Shown: positions 49,979-61,897, counted from the first letter of the stretch. The stretch: 64,000 nt of DNA from Novosphingobium sp. (GCA_046590275.1 JBKJTN010000064.1:16277-80276), one strand, 5' to 3'. Numbers and translations: made by a program. The notes: generated from the letters alone by a model not told the origin.

Positions 49979-52594
49979 ATGAGTGGGGAAACGCGCATTG
50001 TCGCTATCGGTTCGGGTGCGCAGGAAACGGCGCCTGATGAAATATTGCTGTCCGAGGAATTTGAAGTTCCGACGGAGTCAGCTGACGAGTGGGCGGACGA
50101 CCCGCCTGCGCCTCGTCGAGACTGGGCAGCAACTCTGCTGCCAACCATGGCATTCGGGACCATCCTGGCTTGGTCAGGGCTGTTTGGCTGGGTAAACCGA
50201 AGTGCGATCCTGGCGGGAGGCACCGTTGGTCAATGGTTGGACTGGATCGGTGATTGGTCGATGCCGGTCCTTCTGGTTTGCGTCGCCTGGCTGCTGGCGA
50301 TGCGCAGCAGCACCCGCGAAGCCAAGCGATTTGGTGATGCCGCCCGGCTTTTGGGGGATGAATCCAGCAGGCTGGAGAGCAGGCTTGTCGCCATGAACCG
50401 TGAACTCAGCCTCGCGCGCGAGTTCATCGCAGCGCAGGCCCGTGATCTGGATTCGCTTGGCCGCGTGGCGACCGAGCGGCTTTCGCAGCACGCCGATAAG
50501 CTTGACGGGCTGATCAAGGACAATGGCGCCCGCTTGTCCACGATCGGCAACGTCAGCGCCAGTGCACTCGACAATATGGAAAAGCTGCGCGGCCAGCTGC
50601 CCGTGATTGCCAGTTCAGCCAAGGACGTCACCAACAATATCGCCAATGCGGGCCGGACGGCCTACAGCCAACTTGATGATCTTATTGCCGGATTCAACCG
50701 GTTGAACGATTTTGGCCAGGCCAGCGAACGTCAGGTTTTGGCACTGCGGGTGACGATCGATCAGGCGTTGGGAGAATTTACGCGCCAGACCGATCAGCTG
50801 GACGAAATAACGACGGCCCGCTTTGCCGAGCTGACCGAACGCGGCACAGAATTCCGGACGCAGCTTGATAGCGCTGAGGTGGAAGCCCTCGCTACGATCC
50901 GCACCCGCGCATCAGCATTGGTCGAAGAACTAGGACAGGTCCGCCAGACTCTTGATGGGCATGAGGCCGAAAGCCTGACATCGCTCCGCGCGCGGCTGGC
51001 TGCAGTGCGTGACGAGGGTGCTGCAGTCACTCGCGCGCTTCGCGATGGCGAAAGTCAGGCGCTCGATGCCTGGCGCCGCGCTGTGGTTCAGCTTGAAACT
51101 GATCTTACTACAGCGATTGAGCAAGTCGGCGTAATCGACGGGAAAGCAATGGAATCGGCCAAGAACCGCCTGACCGCGCTTTCGCGCGAAGCCGAAGAGA
51201 TTGATGCCCGGCTTCTGGAACGTAACCGGCTGTTTGACGAGGAGGTTGAGCGGCGGCAGCTCGATTCCGAAAGCAGCAATGAGAAATTCATGCTCCGCGT
51301 CAGCGATCAGCTGGCCAAACTTGACCAGGAAATCTTGTCTCGCCGGGCCGAGCAGGAAGATCTGTCGCGCCACTTAATCACCCACAGCGAAACCATTTCC
51401 GCCCAGCTGGTCAGTTTTGCCGAGCGGATGGGACTTATCGCGGCGCATGGCAGCGAAGCCGAAACAAAGATTTCCGCCAGCCTGACCACGCTGGCCGATC
51501 GGCTGAATGCCAGCCGGCAGGCGCTAGCGGGAACGGACACGTCGATTGCCGAGCTGACGGATAGCAGCGTCCGCCTGCTCGAACTGATCCAGGCCAGTGT
51601 GAAACACAGCAACGCGGACCTGCCGGCAGCAATGACGGTGAGTGAAGGCAGGCTGGCGGAACTGGAAACCCGCGCGTTGGCGCTGCGCGATACCGTAGCC
51701 GACGCGACGGGACGCGGCGAGGCATTGTCGAACTATGTAATCTCAGCCCATAGTGAACTTGTCTCCACGATGGGCGAGCTCGATAGCCTTCATGCCGGAT
51801 TGGACAAGCAAGCGACTTCACACGCCGCTTCGCTCAATGACATCCGCCAGTCGCTTGTGCAGGCGCAAGGGGAAAGCGCGGCACTAGCTGAACGTTCGCA
51901 GGCAGAATTGCGCAGCGCAATCGAAGCGTTGACCGGCTCGGCCCGCGAGGCGGTAATGAGCATCGAACAGATGAGCGCTGCATCGGTGCAGGCCCTGGCC
52001 GAACGGCTAGGTGAGGAAAGCGGCGCGGCGATCGAAAAAGCCATGCGTGTCCGTACCGCAGAAGCAGTCGGCCAACTTGAGCAGGCATCGGCGCATGCTG
52101 CCGGCGTCAGCCGGGAGGCTGCGATTCAGCTGCGAGACCAGTTGGGCAAGGTCAACGAACTGGCGGCAAATCTTGAAAGCCGGGTTGCCCATGCCCGCGA
52201 GCGAGCCGAGGAACAGGTCGACAATGACTTCGCCCGGCGCGTCGCGCTGATCACCGAATCACTGAACTCCAACGCGATTGACATCGCCAAGACCATGTCG
52301 AGTGAAGTAACCGACACCGCCTGGGCATCCTATCTTCGCGGAGACCGCGGTGTATTCACCCGCCGCGCTGTCCGCCTGCTCGATGCCTCAGAGGCCAAAG
52401 CAGTAGCCCAGATCTATGAGAAAGATGGCGAATTTCGGGATCACGTGAGCCGCTATATCCACGATTTCGAGGGTATGCTGCGCCAATTGCTTTCGACCCG
52501 CGATGGCCATGCCCTGGGGGTGACGCTGCTCTCGTCCGATATGGGCAAGCTCTACGTGGCGCTGGCTCAGGCTATCGAGCGCCTGCGCAACTAG
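49979..52594 (+). CDS. Large membrane-anchored coiled-coil protein, function unknown
   Basis: 871 aa with an acidic N-terminus and two TM helices (about residues 55-115). About 700 aa of heptad-like E/R/L/A/Q-rich sequence follows. Confidence 0.7.
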   Translation: MSGETRIVAIGSGAQETAPDEILLSEEFEVPTESADEWADDPPAPRRDWAATLLPTMAFGTILAWSGLFGWVNRSAILAGGTVGQWLDWIGDWSMPVLLVCVAWLLAMRSSTREAKRFGDAARLLGDESSRLESRLVAMNRELSLAREFIAAQARDLDSLGRVATERLSQHADKLDGLIKDNGARLSTIGNVSASALDNMEKLRGQLPVIASSAKDVTNNIANAGRTAYSQLDDLIAGFNRLNDFGQASERQVLALRVTIDQALGEFTRQTDQLDEITTARFAELTERGTEFRTQLDSAEVEALATIRTRASALVEELGQVRQTLDGHEAESLTSLRARLAAVRDEGAAVTRALRDGESQALDAWRRAVVQLETDLTTAIEQVGVIDGKAMESAKNRLTALSREAEEIDARLLERNRLFDEEVERRQLDSESSNEKFMLRVSDQLAKLDQEILSRRAEQEDLSRHLITHSETISAQLVSFAERMGLIAAHGSEAETKISASLTTLADRLNASRQALAGTDTSIAELTDSSVRLLELIQASVKHSNADLPAAMTVSEGRLAELETRALALRDTVADATGRGEALSNYVISAHSELVSTMGELDSLHAGLDKQATSHAASLNDIRQSLVQAQGESAALAERSQAELRSAIEALTGSAREAVMSIEQMSAASVQALAERLGEESGAAIEKAMRVRTAEAVGQLEQASAHAAGVSREAAIQLRDQLGKVNELAANLESRVAHARERAEEQVDNDFARRVALITESLNSNAIDIAKTMSSEVTDTAWASYLRGDRGVFTRRAVRLLDASEAKAVAQIYEKDGEFRDHVSRYIHDFEGMLRQLLSTRDGHALGVTLLSSDMGKLYVALAQAIERLRN

Positions 52595-52893
52595 GGCGAA
52601 GGGTTTTTGGTCGACCCGTCTGCATTGGGCGGGCCGCCGATCAAGTCGAAGGCCTTCGGGCCCAGCCAGCCATTGACGTAATTAGCGTAAAACAACCCGA
52701 ACAGCGCGAGCGATAGCAGCGTTGCGCGCAAGACTATCAGGCGGGGGCGAAAGTTTGCCGGCGCGCTGTCTGCCTGGCCCGGGATTTTGTCGAGACCAGC
52801 CTCGTCATGCGTTCGCACTCCGAATGGCATGACGACAAATGCGCACAGCACCCAGAACAGCGAATAGATTGCAATCACTGAAGTCCAGTTCAT
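52591..52893 (-). CDS. DUF1467 family membrane protein
   Basis: 100 aa starting MNWTSVIAIYSLFWVLCAFVVMPFGVRT, typical of DUF1467. It sits downstream of rnj as in other alphaproteobacteria. Confidence 0.75.
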   Translation of the reverse strand: MNWTSVIAIYSLFWVLCAFVVMPFGVRTHDEAGLDKIPGQADSAPANFRPRLIVLRATLLSLALFGLFYANYVNGWLGPKAFDLIGGPPNADGSTKNPSP

Positions 52894-52896
52894 AGT

Positions 52897-54543
52897 TCAA
52901 TCCTGCGCCAACATCACCTGAACCTGGGGCTTCTTGCCCGACCAGCGTGCCGCTGCGCGCCGGGCAGCCAAGCGCGCAGCCTCTATTACCAGCGAGCGGT
53001 CCTCACGATCCGCTGCTTTCAGCTTGGCGAGCGCGGTCACCACATCACTTTCGGCTTCGGTAACAAAGCCGTCGTAATCTTCATCCAGCGGCAGCCCAAT
53101 CCCGGCCACCTGCGCCCCGCCGCGCCCATCCAGCGCTACGATTACCATGCCATTCTGCGCCAGACGCCGCCGCATCACCATAGCTTCACCATCGGCAGGA
53201 ATGATGACATCCCCATCGAGCAGCAACCGGCCGTTGCGCACCTCGGTTATCTTGCCTGGCTTGCCCGGCGCCAGGCGAACGAGATCGCCGTTTTTCTGGA
53301 ACAGATTGATGGGAATGCCGCAGCCAGCCCCAAGCCGCGCCTGCTCTTTCATGTGACGGATTTCGCCGTGCACCGGCACCAGGATTTCGGGCCTGATCCA
53401 CCCGTAAAGCGCCTCAAGTTCCGGCCGGCCCGGATGGCCGGAAACATGGATATAGCTCTGCCGGTCAGTGACGATCTTGATGTCCTGCAAAGCCAGACGG
53501 TTCTGGATTCGGCCGATCGCAATTTCATTGCCGGGTATCTGGCGGCTGGAGAACAGCACAACGTCGCCGGCTTCCAGCTTGATCTGATGGTTATGCTGCG
53601 AAATCCGCGACAGCGCCGCACGGTCCTCGCCCTGCCCGCCGGTCGCCATGATCAGCACCTTGCCGCGCGGCAGGGCCATTGCGGTGTCGAAATCGACGAT
53701 GTCTGGCAAGTCCTTGAGGTAACCGCTGGCCTTCCCGGTCTTAATGATCCGATCAAGCGAGCGTCCCGCAACGCAAAGCTTGCGCCCGCATTCCCGCGCG
53801 ACGTTACCCAGCGTCTGCAACCGCGCGACATTGGAGGCAAAGGTGGTAACCAGCACGCGGCGATTTTTGTGTTTGGCTACTTCCTCCAGCAGCCCGCGAT
53901 AGACATCGCCTTCCGATCCCGAAGCTTCGGGGTTGAACACATTGGTCGAATCGCAAACCAGTGCGAGCACACCATCATCGCCAATCGCGGTCAGCTCTTC
54001 CTGCGTTGCCGGAACACCGATCAGTGGTTCGGCATCAAGCTTCCAGTCGCCCGTATGGAATATGTTGCCATAGGGCGTGTCGATCAGCAGGGCATTGCCC
54101 TCGGCAATCGAATGGGCGAGCGGGACATAACGAATGCCGAACGGGCCAAGCTGAAAGCGGTCAAGGTGATCGATTACCTTGAGTTTGACCTCCTTGGTTA
54201 TCCCCGCCTCGTCCAGCTTGTTTTGCACCTGGCGCGCAGTGAACGGCGTGGCATACATCGGCACGCCCAGTTCCTGCACGAAATAGGGGACTGCGCCGAT
54301 GTGATCTTCATGGGCATGGGTCAGTACGATGCCGATGAGATCCTTGGCTCGTTCTTCGATGAAATCAAGATCGGCGAAAACCAGATCAACTCCGGGGTAT
54401 TCGTTGCCGCTGAAGGTCATCCCCAGATCGACCATCAGCCATTTGCCGTCGCAGCCATAAAGATTGACGTTCATGCCAATCTCGCCGGAGCCACCAAGCG
54501 CGCAAAACAGGAGTTCCTTGCCGGGCTTCTGGGATTTGTTCAC
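52897..54543 (-). CDS. rnj: Ribonuclease J (metallo-beta-lactamase/beta-CASP)
   Basis: 548 aa containing THAHEDHIG, a beta-CASP domain and an HVSGH motif. Confidence 0.9.
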   Translation of the reverse strand: MNKSQKPGKELLFCALGGSGEIGMNVNLYGCDGKWLMVDLGMTFSGNEYPGVDLVFADLDFIEERAKDLIGIVLTHAHEDHIGAVPYFVQELGVPMYATPFTARQVQNKLDEAGITKEVKLKVIDHLDRFQLGPFGIRYVPLAHSIAEGNALLIDTPYGNIFHTGDWKLDAEPLIGVPATQEELTAIGDDGVLALVCDSTNVFNPEASGSEGDVYRGLLEEVAKHKNRRVLVTTFASNVARLQTLGNVARECGRKLCVAGRSLDRIIKTGKASGYLKDLPDIVDFDTAMALPRGKVLIMATGGQGEDRAALSRISQHNHQIKLEAGDVVLFSSRQIPGNEIAIGRIQNRLALQDIKIVTDRQSYIHVSGHPGRPELEALYGWIRPEILVPVHGEIRHMKEQARLGAGCGIPINLFQKNGDLVRLAPGKPGKITEVRNGRLLLDGDVIIPADGEAMVMRRRLAQNGMVIVALDGRGGAQVAGIGLPLDEDYDGFVTEAESDVVTALAKLKAADREDRSLVIEAARLAARRAAARWSGKKPQVQVMLAQD

Positions 54544-55319
54544 CGTGTCGCCGCCCGCTGCGCGAGCAATGCCAGGCCATCCAGAGTCAGATCATTATCG
54601 ACTGCATCGAAGATATCGGTGTGTTCGTGGAACAGCACGGCCAGCCCGCCAGTCGCAACGACCTTGGCCGGGCGGCCGATCTCTGCCCGCATGCGAGCGA
54701 TGAGCCCCTCCATCATCGCGACATAACCCCAGAAAACGCCTATCAACATCTGATCCTCGGTATTGCGCCCGATCACGCTTTTGTTGCGCGGGGCCTCAAT
54801 CGCAATTCGCGGCAGTTTGGCGGTGTTGCCAACCAGCGCGTCGAGCGACAAATTGATGCCGGGGGCGATAATCCCGCCCTTGTAGGCACCGTTGAAATCA
54901 ACCGCGTCGAAAGTGGTTGCCGTCCCGAAATCCACTACGATCAGATCGCCGGGATATCTGGCATGCGCCGCGATTGTATTGACCGCGCGATCTGCTCCCA
55001 GCGAGCGCGGCTCATCGACATCGATATCGATCGCGTAATCGGCTGGTGCGATGCCGGCGACAAGGGGCTCATGCCCGAAATATTTCGAGACCAGAACGGT
55101 AAGATTGTGAAGCGCGCGCGGCACCACGGTCGCGATAATGGTCCGGCTGACATCCTCGCGCTTGAAGCCTTCGATCACCAGCAATTGCATCAGCCATACC
55201 GCGTATTCGTCACCCGTCCGGCGCGGATCGGTCGCAATACGCCAACGCGCCTTGATGGTGAGGTCATCGAACAGCGCAAAAACGACATTGGTGTTCCCGA
55301 CATCGATGGCGAGGAGCAT
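54540..55319 (-). CDS. coaX: Type III pantothenate kinase
   Basis: Starts [11 protein letters not shown] and contains DFGTATTFD. It overlaps the rnj start. Confidence 0.9.
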   Translation of the reverse strand: MLLAIDVGNTNVVFALFDDLTIKARWRIATDPRRTGDEYAVWLMQLLVIEGFKREDVSRTIIATVVPRALHNLTVLVSKYFGHEPLVAGIAPADYAIDIDVDEPRSLGADRAVNTIAAHARYPGDLIVVDFGTATTFDAVDFNGAYKGGIIAPGINLSLDALVGNTAKLPRIAIEAPRNKSVIGRNTEDQMLIGVFWGYVAMMEGLIARMRAEIGRPAKVVATGGLAVLFHEHTDIFDAVDNDLTLDGLALLAQRAATR

Positions 55320-55334
55320 GATCTTGGTTCCGGT

Positions 55335-56111
55335 TCAGTTAGTATCTTGAAGGCGCACTTCGCCCGCGTGGATGCCATGGCACGTTCCGTCCGCCAAGCG
55401 AAGCAGCAAGGCGCCGTCTTCAGTAAGACCCGCGAATGTCCCCGCCAATTTTTGCTCGTTCGGCTCGCCGACTTCGAGCGGCGTGCCGATCGCGTGCCCG
55501 GCGGCGAGCCAGCGGGCGATCACCGGCCCCAGCCCATAGCTCCGCCAACGCTCCAGTTCGGCCCCGAACTGTCGCGCCAGATCGGCGGCGAATTGATCCC
55601 GGTCCGGGGCAGGTCCAAAGTCGCTCAGCGCGATGGTCGCGCGATCGGGCATCTGCGGGGCTGCGGCAAGATTGACGCCGATGCCGATGATCACCGCGTC
55701 GCGTACCCGTTCCAGCAAAATACCTGCCAGCTTGGCTGATCCGATCATCACATCATTGGGCCATTTGAGTACCGCACGTTGCGGCGCGGCAAGGCGGTTG
55801 GTCACTACTTCATGAACTGCCAGCCCCGCCAGCAAGGCTAAAGTTCCGGCCGGTGGATCGCCGGGGCCAAGATGGACGGGTGTCGAACCCATGAAATTGC
55901 CCGCACCATCGAACCATTCGCGGCCTTGCCGTCCCCGCCCGGCGCTTTGCCGGTTAGCGATCAGCCAGAAGCCCTCAGCAATCTGCTCGTCCGCGGCAAG
56001 CCGGGTCAAGAGATCGGCGTTGGTCGATCCGGTGAGATGGACAATTTCAATCAAACCGGGAATTTCAGGCAAAGTTGGACAGAGCAATCGCCGCTGCTTC
56101 GGCCAATTCAC
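55335..56111 (-). CDS. birA: Biotin--[acetyl-CoA-carboxylase] ligase (no HTH domain)
   Basis: Contains GRGRQGREW and KWPNDV. The start is uncertain because the ORF-track start overlaps the nuoN 3' end by 47 nt. Confidence 0.86.
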   Translation of the reverse strand: MNWPKQRRLLCPTLPEIPGLIEIVHLTGSTNADLLTRLAADEQIAEGFWLIANRQSAGRGRQGREWFDGAGNFMGSTPVHLGPGDPPAGTLALLAGLAVHEVVTNRLAAPQRAVLKWPNDVMIGSAKLAGILLERVRDAVIIGIGVNLAAAPQMPDRATIALSDFGPAPDRDQFAADLARQFGAELERWRSYGLGPVIARWLAAGHAIGTPLEVGEPNEQKLAGTFAGLTEDGALLLRLADGTCHGIHAGEVRLQDTN

Positions 56112-57528
56112 CCAATGGCTTGGTCAGAAAATAGCCCAGCGGCGAAATGAATAGCGCTGAAATCCCCAGCAGTGCCTGATGCGCCCAATCGCTGCGACCA
56201 ACAATCTTGTTCGCCGGCTCGTCAAAATACATGATTTTGACCACTTTGAGATAGTAATAGGCACCAATCACCGAGGCGGCGATGCCAATCGCGGCCAGCA
56301 GAACAAGGCCAGCCTGGACTGCCGCCTGGAACACCACGAACTTGCCCCAGAAACCGAACAGCGGCGGAATTCCTGCCAGGCTGAACATGATCATGGCAAG
56401 GCAAGCGGCGAGCACCTTGCGGTGCTGTGACAGCCCGGCAAGATCGGCAATATCCTCGACCGGCGCGCCGTCCGCATCCTTGAGCATCAGCACTGCGACG
56501 AATCCGCCGACAGTCATCGCAACATAGATCGCCAGATAAACCAGCATCGCTGCCGCGCCCTGCGGCGTTGCAGCAGCCAAACCGATCAGGATGAATCCAA
56601 CGTTGTTGATCGAGGAATAGGCCAACAGGCGTTTGATGTTCTTCTGTCCGATCGCACCCAGAGCGCCAACCACGATCGAGGCCAGCGCTGCGAAGATCAC
56701 GATCTGTTGCCAAGCTGCCGCCTGCCCGGCGAACGCGACCAGCGTAACCCGCATGGTCAGCGCCAGCGCCGCCACCTTGGGCGCGGAGGCAAAGAACATG
56801 GTAACCGGGGTCGGCGCGCCTTCATAAACGTCGGGCGTCCACATGTGGAACGGCACTGCGCTTATCTTGAAAGCAAGGCCCGCCAGCATGAAGACGATGC
56901 CGAACAACGCACCCTGCGAAAGCCCGGATTCGAGCGCCTGATTAATCCCGGCAAAGCTGGTGGTTCCGGTAAAGCCATAGGTCAGGCTCATCCCAAATAG
57001 CAGGATGCCGCTGGCCAGCGCGCCAAGCACGAAATACTTGAGGCCAGCTTCGGCCGAACGCTCGTCGTTGCGCAGAAATGCGGCAAGCACATAGGCGGCG
57101 AGCGAGTTAAGCTCGAGACCGATATAGAGCGTAATCAGGTCGGTGGCCGAAACCATCATCCCCATGCCCAGCGCGGCGAACAGGATCAGGACCGGATATT
57201 CGCTGCGCATTGCCTTAACCCGGTCAAAGAACGCAGGAGCTACAATCAGCGCGGCGCCGGCCGCGGCATAGATCAGCAGCTTGGCAAAGCTTGAGAAAGC
57301 GTCGGCTCGGTACTGACCGAAGAAGGCCGAGGTTTCCGGTCCCATCGCGCCATTGCATAGCGCGGGCGCGACGAGGAAGGCGCATGCAGCCAGCACTGCC
57401 ACCGAGGCAATGCTGATCGCACGAGCAGCCTTGTCACCTGCCCAAGCTGCAACCAGCAACAAGACGAGACCCGCAATGCTGAGCAATTCCTCGGGCGCGA
57501 CGAGGCGAAGTGAATGGCCCCAATCCAT
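56065..57528 (-). CDS. nuoN: NADH-quinone oxidoreductase subunit N
   Basis: 487 aa, polytopic antiporter-like subunit, in operon order after nuoM. Confidence 0.93.
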   Translation of the reverse strand: MDWGHSLRLVAPEELLSIAGLVLLLVAAWAGDKAARAISIASVAVLAACAFLVAPALCNGAMGPETSAFFGQYRADAFSSFAKLLIYAAAGAALIVAPAFFDRVKAMRSEYPVLILFAALGMGMMVSATDLITLYIGLELNSLAAYVLAAFLRNDERSAEAGLKYFVLGALASGILLFGMSLTYGFTGTTSFAGINQALESGLSQGALFGIVFMLAGLAFKISAVPFHMWTPDVYEGAPTPVTMFFASAPKVAALALTMRVTLVAFAGQAAAWQQIVIFAALASIVVGALGAIGQKNIKRLLAYSSINNVGFILIGLAAATPQGAAAMLVYLAIYVAMTVGGFVAVLMLKDADGAPVEDIADLAGLSQHRKVLAACLAMIMFSLAGIPPLFGFWGKFVVFQAAVQAGLVLLAAIGIAASVIGAYYYLKVVKIMYFDEPANKIVGRSDWAHQALLGISALFISPLGYFLTKPLGELAEAAAIALSNFA

Positions 57529-59057
57529 TAGTGCGCCCCCTCTTGTGCAGCAGCTTCGATTTTCTTGGGCTCTCCCAGTTTTAATCTAGCGTCGCCTTCC
57601 GGCCTTGACCGCGCAATCCGGGCATCGAGTGCAGCGATATCGCTACGCATCGGGGCGAGGAAGCTTTCGGGATAGACCCCCATCCACAAAACCACGGCGG
57701 CGAGCGCGGCCATCATCGACCATTCGCGGCGGTCAAGATCGGGCATGGCGGCGGCATCGGCATTTTTCTGAACGCCGAAGAATACCCGCGCGTACAGATA
57801 GAGCATATAGGCCGCGCCGAGGATGATCCCCGTGGTGCAGACCAGCGTCACCCAGCTGCTAACCTGGTAAATCCCGGCCAGGCTGAGGAATTCTCCGACA
57901 AAGCCACTAGTGCCAGGCAGGCCGACCGAGGCCATGGTGAACAGCATGAAGAACAGCGCATATTGCGGCATGTTGATCGAAAGGCCCCCGTATCGGATAA
58001 TCTCGCGGGTGTGCAGCCGGTCGTAGATCACGCCCACGCCAAGGAACAGCGCCCCCGCAACCAGCCCGTGGCTGAGCATGACGATCATCGTCCCTTCAAG
58101 CCCCTGCACGTTGAAGGCAAACAGCCCGACGGTGACAATCCCCATGTGAGCGACGCTTGAATAGGCGATCAGCTTTTTCATGTCGTCCTGCACCAGCGCC
58201 ACCAGCGAGGTGTAGATCACTGCGATCATCGACAGCGCGAAGATCAGCCAGGCAAATTGCGCCGACGCTTCGGGGAACATCGGAAGCGAGAACCGGATGA
58301 AGCCATATCCGCCCATTTTTAGAAGGACGCCGGCCAGAATCACCGAGCCTGCGGTCGGCGCCTGAACGTGCGCGTCGGGTAGCCATGTGTGAACCGGCCA
58401 CATCGGCATCTTGACCGCAAAGCTGGCAAAGAACGCCAGCCACAGCCATTTCTGCGCGTCAGGCGCGAAGTCATAGTTCATCAGCGTCGGGATATCGGTG
58501 GTACCGGACTCGTTCACCATCCACAGCATCGCGATCAGCATCAGCACCGAGCCGAGCAGCGTGTAGAGGAAGAATTTGTAGCTGGCGTAAATTCGGTCTG
58601 CCCCGCCCCAGATGCCGATGATCAGATACATCGGGATCAGGCCTGCCTCGAAGAAAATATAGAACAGGAACATATCCTGCGCGGTGAACACGCCGATCAT
58701 CAGCGTTTCCATCAGCAAGAACGCGGCCATGTATTCGCCAACGCGCTTGTCGATCGAGGTCCAGCTTGCACCGATACAGATCGGCATCAGGAACACCGAG
58801 AGCATGATCAGCATCAGCGCGATGCCATCGATCCCCAGCGCCCAGTTGAACCCGGCGAACAGAGGTAGATGCTCGGTAAATTGCCACTGCGCACCACCTA
58901 TATCGTAGTTGGCCCACAGCAATATGCCGAGCGCGAAATCGGCCAGCGTAGCCGCCAGCGCAATCATTCGAGCCGTCTTTGCCTCAGCGAACAGACAAAA
59001 CACTGCGCCGATCAGCGGCACAACGAGCATCAACGACAGGATGGGAAAGCCGTTCAT
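57528..59057 (-). CDS. nuoM: NADH-quinone oxidoreductase subunit M
   Basis: 509 aa containing PMWPVHTWLPDAHVQAPTAGSV. Confidence 0.93.
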   Translation of the reverse strand: MNGFPILSLMLVVPLIGAVFCLFAEAKTARMIALAATLADFALGILLWANYDIGGAQWQFTEHLPLFAGFNWALGIDGIALMLIMLSVFLMPICIGASWTSIDKRVGEYMAAFLLMETLMIGVFTAQDMFLFYIFFEAGLIPMYLIIGIWGGADRIYASYKFFLYTLLGSVLMLIAMLWMVNESGTTDIPTLMNYDFAPDAQKWLWLAFFASFAVKMPMWPVHTWLPDAHVQAPTAGSVILAGVLLKMGGYGFIRFSLPMFPEASAQFAWLIFALSMIAVIYTSLVALVQDDMKKLIAYSSVAHMGIVTVGLFAFNVQGLEGTMIVMLSHGLVAGALFLGVGVIYDRLHTREIIRYGGLSINMPQYALFFMLFTMASVGLPGTSGFVGEFLSLAGIYQVSSWVTLVCTTGIILGAAYMLYLYARVFFGVQKNADAAAMPDLDRREWSMMAALAAVVLWMGVYPESFLAPMRSDIAALDARIARSRPEGDARLKLGEPKKIEAAAQEGAH

Positions 59058-59058
59058 A

Positions 59059-61077
59059 CTAGCGCACCATCACCCAGCTGATTGCCGCGACTAGGCCGAG
59101 CAGCATGAACAGCGCATAGCTGTAGAGATAGCCCGACTGGACCCGCTGCGCGAAGCCCGAGCCAAGCGCGACCAGCCTGGCTGCGCCGTCCGGTCCAAAC
59201 CGGTCAATGATGCCAACATCGCCGCGCTTCCAGAACAGGCGTCCGATCCAGAAGGCTGGCCGGACGAAGATCAGGTCATAGAGCTCGTCGAAATACCATT
59301 TGTTGTAGAGGAACCGGTGCAGCACCGTAAACTGCTCGACGAACAGCGCCGGGAAGCGCGGATTGCGAATATAGGCGTACCAGGCAATCAGCAGTCCGGT
59401 CAGCATCACTGCGAACGGCGCCCATTTCACCCACAGCGGCACCTCGTGCATCGCGTGGATCAGATGCTCGTCATAGAAAATACTGCCCTTCCAGAAGTCT
59501 GCTTCATTGATGAAGGCTTCGTGGAAGATGAACCCCGCAAACACCGCACCCAGGCTCAGCACCCCAAGTGGCACCAGCATCGACAGCGGGCTTTCGTGCG
59601 GGTGATAACCGGCGGTTCCATCGTCATGATGGGCATGATCACCATGGCCGTGGTCGCCAGGGTGGTGATCGTCATGGACCGCATGCTGGATATGCTCTGA
59701 CGAGGACCAGCGGGGTTTGCCCCAGAAGGTCAGGAACATCAGCCGCCAGCTGTAGAAACTGGTCAGCAATGCGGCGAAAATGCCGACGTAGAACGCAAAT
59801 GTCCCCATTTCGGTCCCGCCAGCATAGGCCGCCTCAAGGACAGAATCCTTGGAATAGAACCCGGCGAAACCGAATACGCCCACGATCCCGACTCCGGTAA
59901 TAGCCAGCGTTCCTGCCAGCATTGCCCAGAAGGTAAACGGGATCTGCTTACGCAAGGCCCCATAGTGCCGCATATCCTGCTCGTGGTGCATGGCATGGAT
60001 CACCGACCCTGCCCCAAGGAACAGCAGCGCCTTGAAGAAGGCATGGGTGAACAGATGGAACATCGCCGCGCCATAGGCACCAACGCCCGCAGCAAAGAAC
60101 ATATAACCCAGCTGCGAACAGGTCGAATAGGCGATCACCCGCTTGATATCCCACTGCGAGGTGCCAACCGTTGCAGCAAAGAAGCAGGTCGCAGCGCCGA
60201 TGAATGTCACAACGGCCAACGCCGTTGGGCTGGTCTGGAACATTGGTGACAGGCGGCAGACCATGAACACGCCTGCCGTCACCATCGTCGCAGCGTGGAT
60301 CAGCGCGGAAACCGGGGTCGGCCCTTCCATCGCGTCGGGCAACCAGGTGTGGAGGCCAAGCTGCGCCGATTTGCCCATCGCGCCGATGAACAGCAGGATG
60401 CAAAGTATGGTCATCGTGTCGAAGCGATAACCGATGAAGCTGATGGTCGATCCGGCCATGCCGGGCGCAGCTTCCAGAATTTCCGGGATCGAGACAGTGC
60501 CGAACACCAGATACGTTCCGAAAATCCCTAGCATGAAGCCAAGATCGCCCACCCGGTTGACCACGAAGGCCTTGATCGCGGCGGCGCTGGCGCTGGGTTT
60601 CCTGAACCAGAACCCGATCAGCAAATAGGACGCGAGGCCCACCCCTTCCCAGCCAAAGAACATCTGGACCAGGTTGTCGGCGGTAACCAGCATCAGCATA
60701 GCGAAGGTGAACAGGCTGAGGTAAGCGAAGAACCGCGGCTGATCCGGGTCTTCCTCCATATAGCCCCAGCTATAAAGGTGGACGAGCGCGGATACGGTAG
60801 TGACCACCACCAGCATCACCGAGGTCAGCGCATCGACGCTCAGCGCCCAATCGAAGCGCAAATTGCCCGATTGCACCCAGTGCAGCACCGGAGTGACGCT
60901 CGGCTGCGCAGTGCCAGCCACGAATGACAGGAAGATCGGCCAGCTCAATCCGCAGGCGATGAACAGCGCACCGGTGGTCAACAGCTTGACCACGGTATTG
61001 CCGAGCATCCGATTGCCAAGACCGCCGACGATCGCAGCAGCAAGCGGCAGGAATACGATGAAAAGGATCGAGTTCAA
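59059..61077 (-). CDS. nuoL: NADH-quinone oxidoreductase subunit L (copy 1)
   Basis: 672 aa with a TTG start, containing [16 protein letters not shown] and [24 protein letters not shown]. Confidence 0.93.
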   Translation of the reverse strand: MNSILFIVFLPLAAAIVGGLGNRMLGNTVVKLLTTGALFIACGLSWPIFLSFVAGTAQPSVTPVLHWVQSGNLRFDWALSVDALTSVMLVVVTTVSALVHLYSWGYMEEDPDQPRFFAYLSLFTFAMLMLVTADNLVQMFFGWEGVGLASYLLIGFWFRKPSASAAAIKAFVVNRVGDLGFMLGIFGTYLVFGTVSIPEILEAAPGMAGSTISFIGYRFDTMTILCILLFIGAMGKSAQLGLHTWLPDAMEGPTPVSALIHAATMVTAGVFMVCRLSPMFQTSPTALAVVTFIGAATCFFAATVGTSQWDIKRVIAYSTCSQLGYMFFAAGVGAYGAAMFHLFTHAFFKALLFLGAGSVIHAMHHEQDMRHYGALRKQIPFTFWAMLAGTLAITGVGIVGVFGFAGFYSKDSVLEAAYAGGTEMGTFAFYVGIFAALLTSFYSWRLMFLTFWGKPRWSSSEHIQHAVHDDHHPGDHGHGDHAHHDDGTAGYHPHESPLSMLVPLGVLSLGAVFAGFIFHEAFINEADFWKGSIFYDEHLIHAMHEVPLWVKWAPFAVMLTGLLIAWYAYIRNPRFPALFVEQFTVLHRFLYNKWYFDELYDLIFVRPAFWIGRLFWKRGDVGIIDRFGPDGAARLVALGSGFAQRVQSGYLYSYALFMLLGLVAAISWVMVR

Positions 61078-61082
61078 AAGAC

Positions 61083-61388
61083 TTATCCCTTCATCCGGTT
61101 GACATCATCAACCGCAATTGTGCCGCGCCCGCGGAAATAGATCACCAGGATCGCCAGGCCGATCGCCGCCTCCCCCGCTGCCACGGTCAGCACGAACATG
61201 GCGAAAATCTGCCCAGTCAGATCGCCCAGAAAGGCGCTGAAGGCGACAAGGTTTATGTTCACTGCCAGCAGGATCAACTCGATCGCCATCAGGATGATGA
61301 TGACGTTCTTGCGATTGAGGAAGATGCCGAGCACGCCGAGCACGAACAGGATCGAGCTGACGACGACGTAATGCTCGATGCCGATCAT
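61083..61388 (-). CDS. nuoK: NADH-quinone oxidoreductase subunit K (copy 1)
   Basis: 101 aa containing [16 protein letters not shown]. Confidence 0.93.
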   Translation of the reverse strand: MIGIEHYVVVSSILFVLGVLGIFLNRKNVIIILMAIELILLAVNINLVAFSAFLGDLTGQIFAMFVLTVAAGEAAIGLAILVIYFRGRGTIAVDDVNRMKG

Positions 61389-61897
61389 AGCTGCACCCCG
61401 GCGCCAACTTCTGGCTTCACATTGCGCGTCGCATCCTGCGGCCGGCGCTGGACCTGCGACGAGATATTTTGGCCGCGGGTGCCGCCGCGCTCGCGGTGGG
61501 TCAGCACAATTGCGCCAATCATCGCAACCAGCAGGATGATCCCCGCCGCCTCGAACAGGAACAGGTAGCGGCCATAAAGCAGCGCGCCGATGGCTTCGGT
61601 GTTGCTCGCTCCGGCCGCAGTTACCGCAGTTCCGTCGGGCGTCCCGAGTTTGAGTGCGCCGGCTTGCTGCGCGCCGATGCCGAACACCAGCTCACCGAGC
61701 AGCACCATCGCCAGCAGAATACCCAGCGGGAAATTCTTGATGAAACCAGCCCGCAATGCGGTAAAATCGATGTCGAGCATCATCACCACGAACAGGAACA
61801 GCACCGCAACCGCACCGACGTAAACGATCACCAGCAGCATCGCGATGAACTCTGCGCCCACCAGCACCATGAGGCCCGCGGCATTGAAGAACGCCAT
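61385..61897 (-). CDS. nuoJ: NADH-quinone oxidoreductase subunit J, 5'-truncated copy (lacks about 35 N-terminal codons)
   Basis: 170 aa starting [12 protein letters not shown], which aligns to residue 36 onward of the full-length plus-strand NuoJ. Upstream sequence is replaced by the inverted second copy. Confidence 0.75.
   Translation of the reverse strand: MAFFNAAGLMVLVGAEFIAMLLVIVYVGAVAVLFLFVVMMLDIDFTALRAGFIKNFPLGILLAMVLLGELVFGIGAQQAGALKLGTPDGTAVTAAGASNTEAIGALLYGRYLFLFEAAGIILLVAMIGAIVLTHRERGGTRGQNISSQVQRRPQDATRNVKPEVGAGVQL

Noticed and set aside
53353-55739. Two long plus-strand ORFs (457 aa and 372 aa).
   Set aside because: They are antisense to rnj, coaX and birA, all of which carry catalytic motifs. 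Neither has a recognisable domain or a plausible start context.
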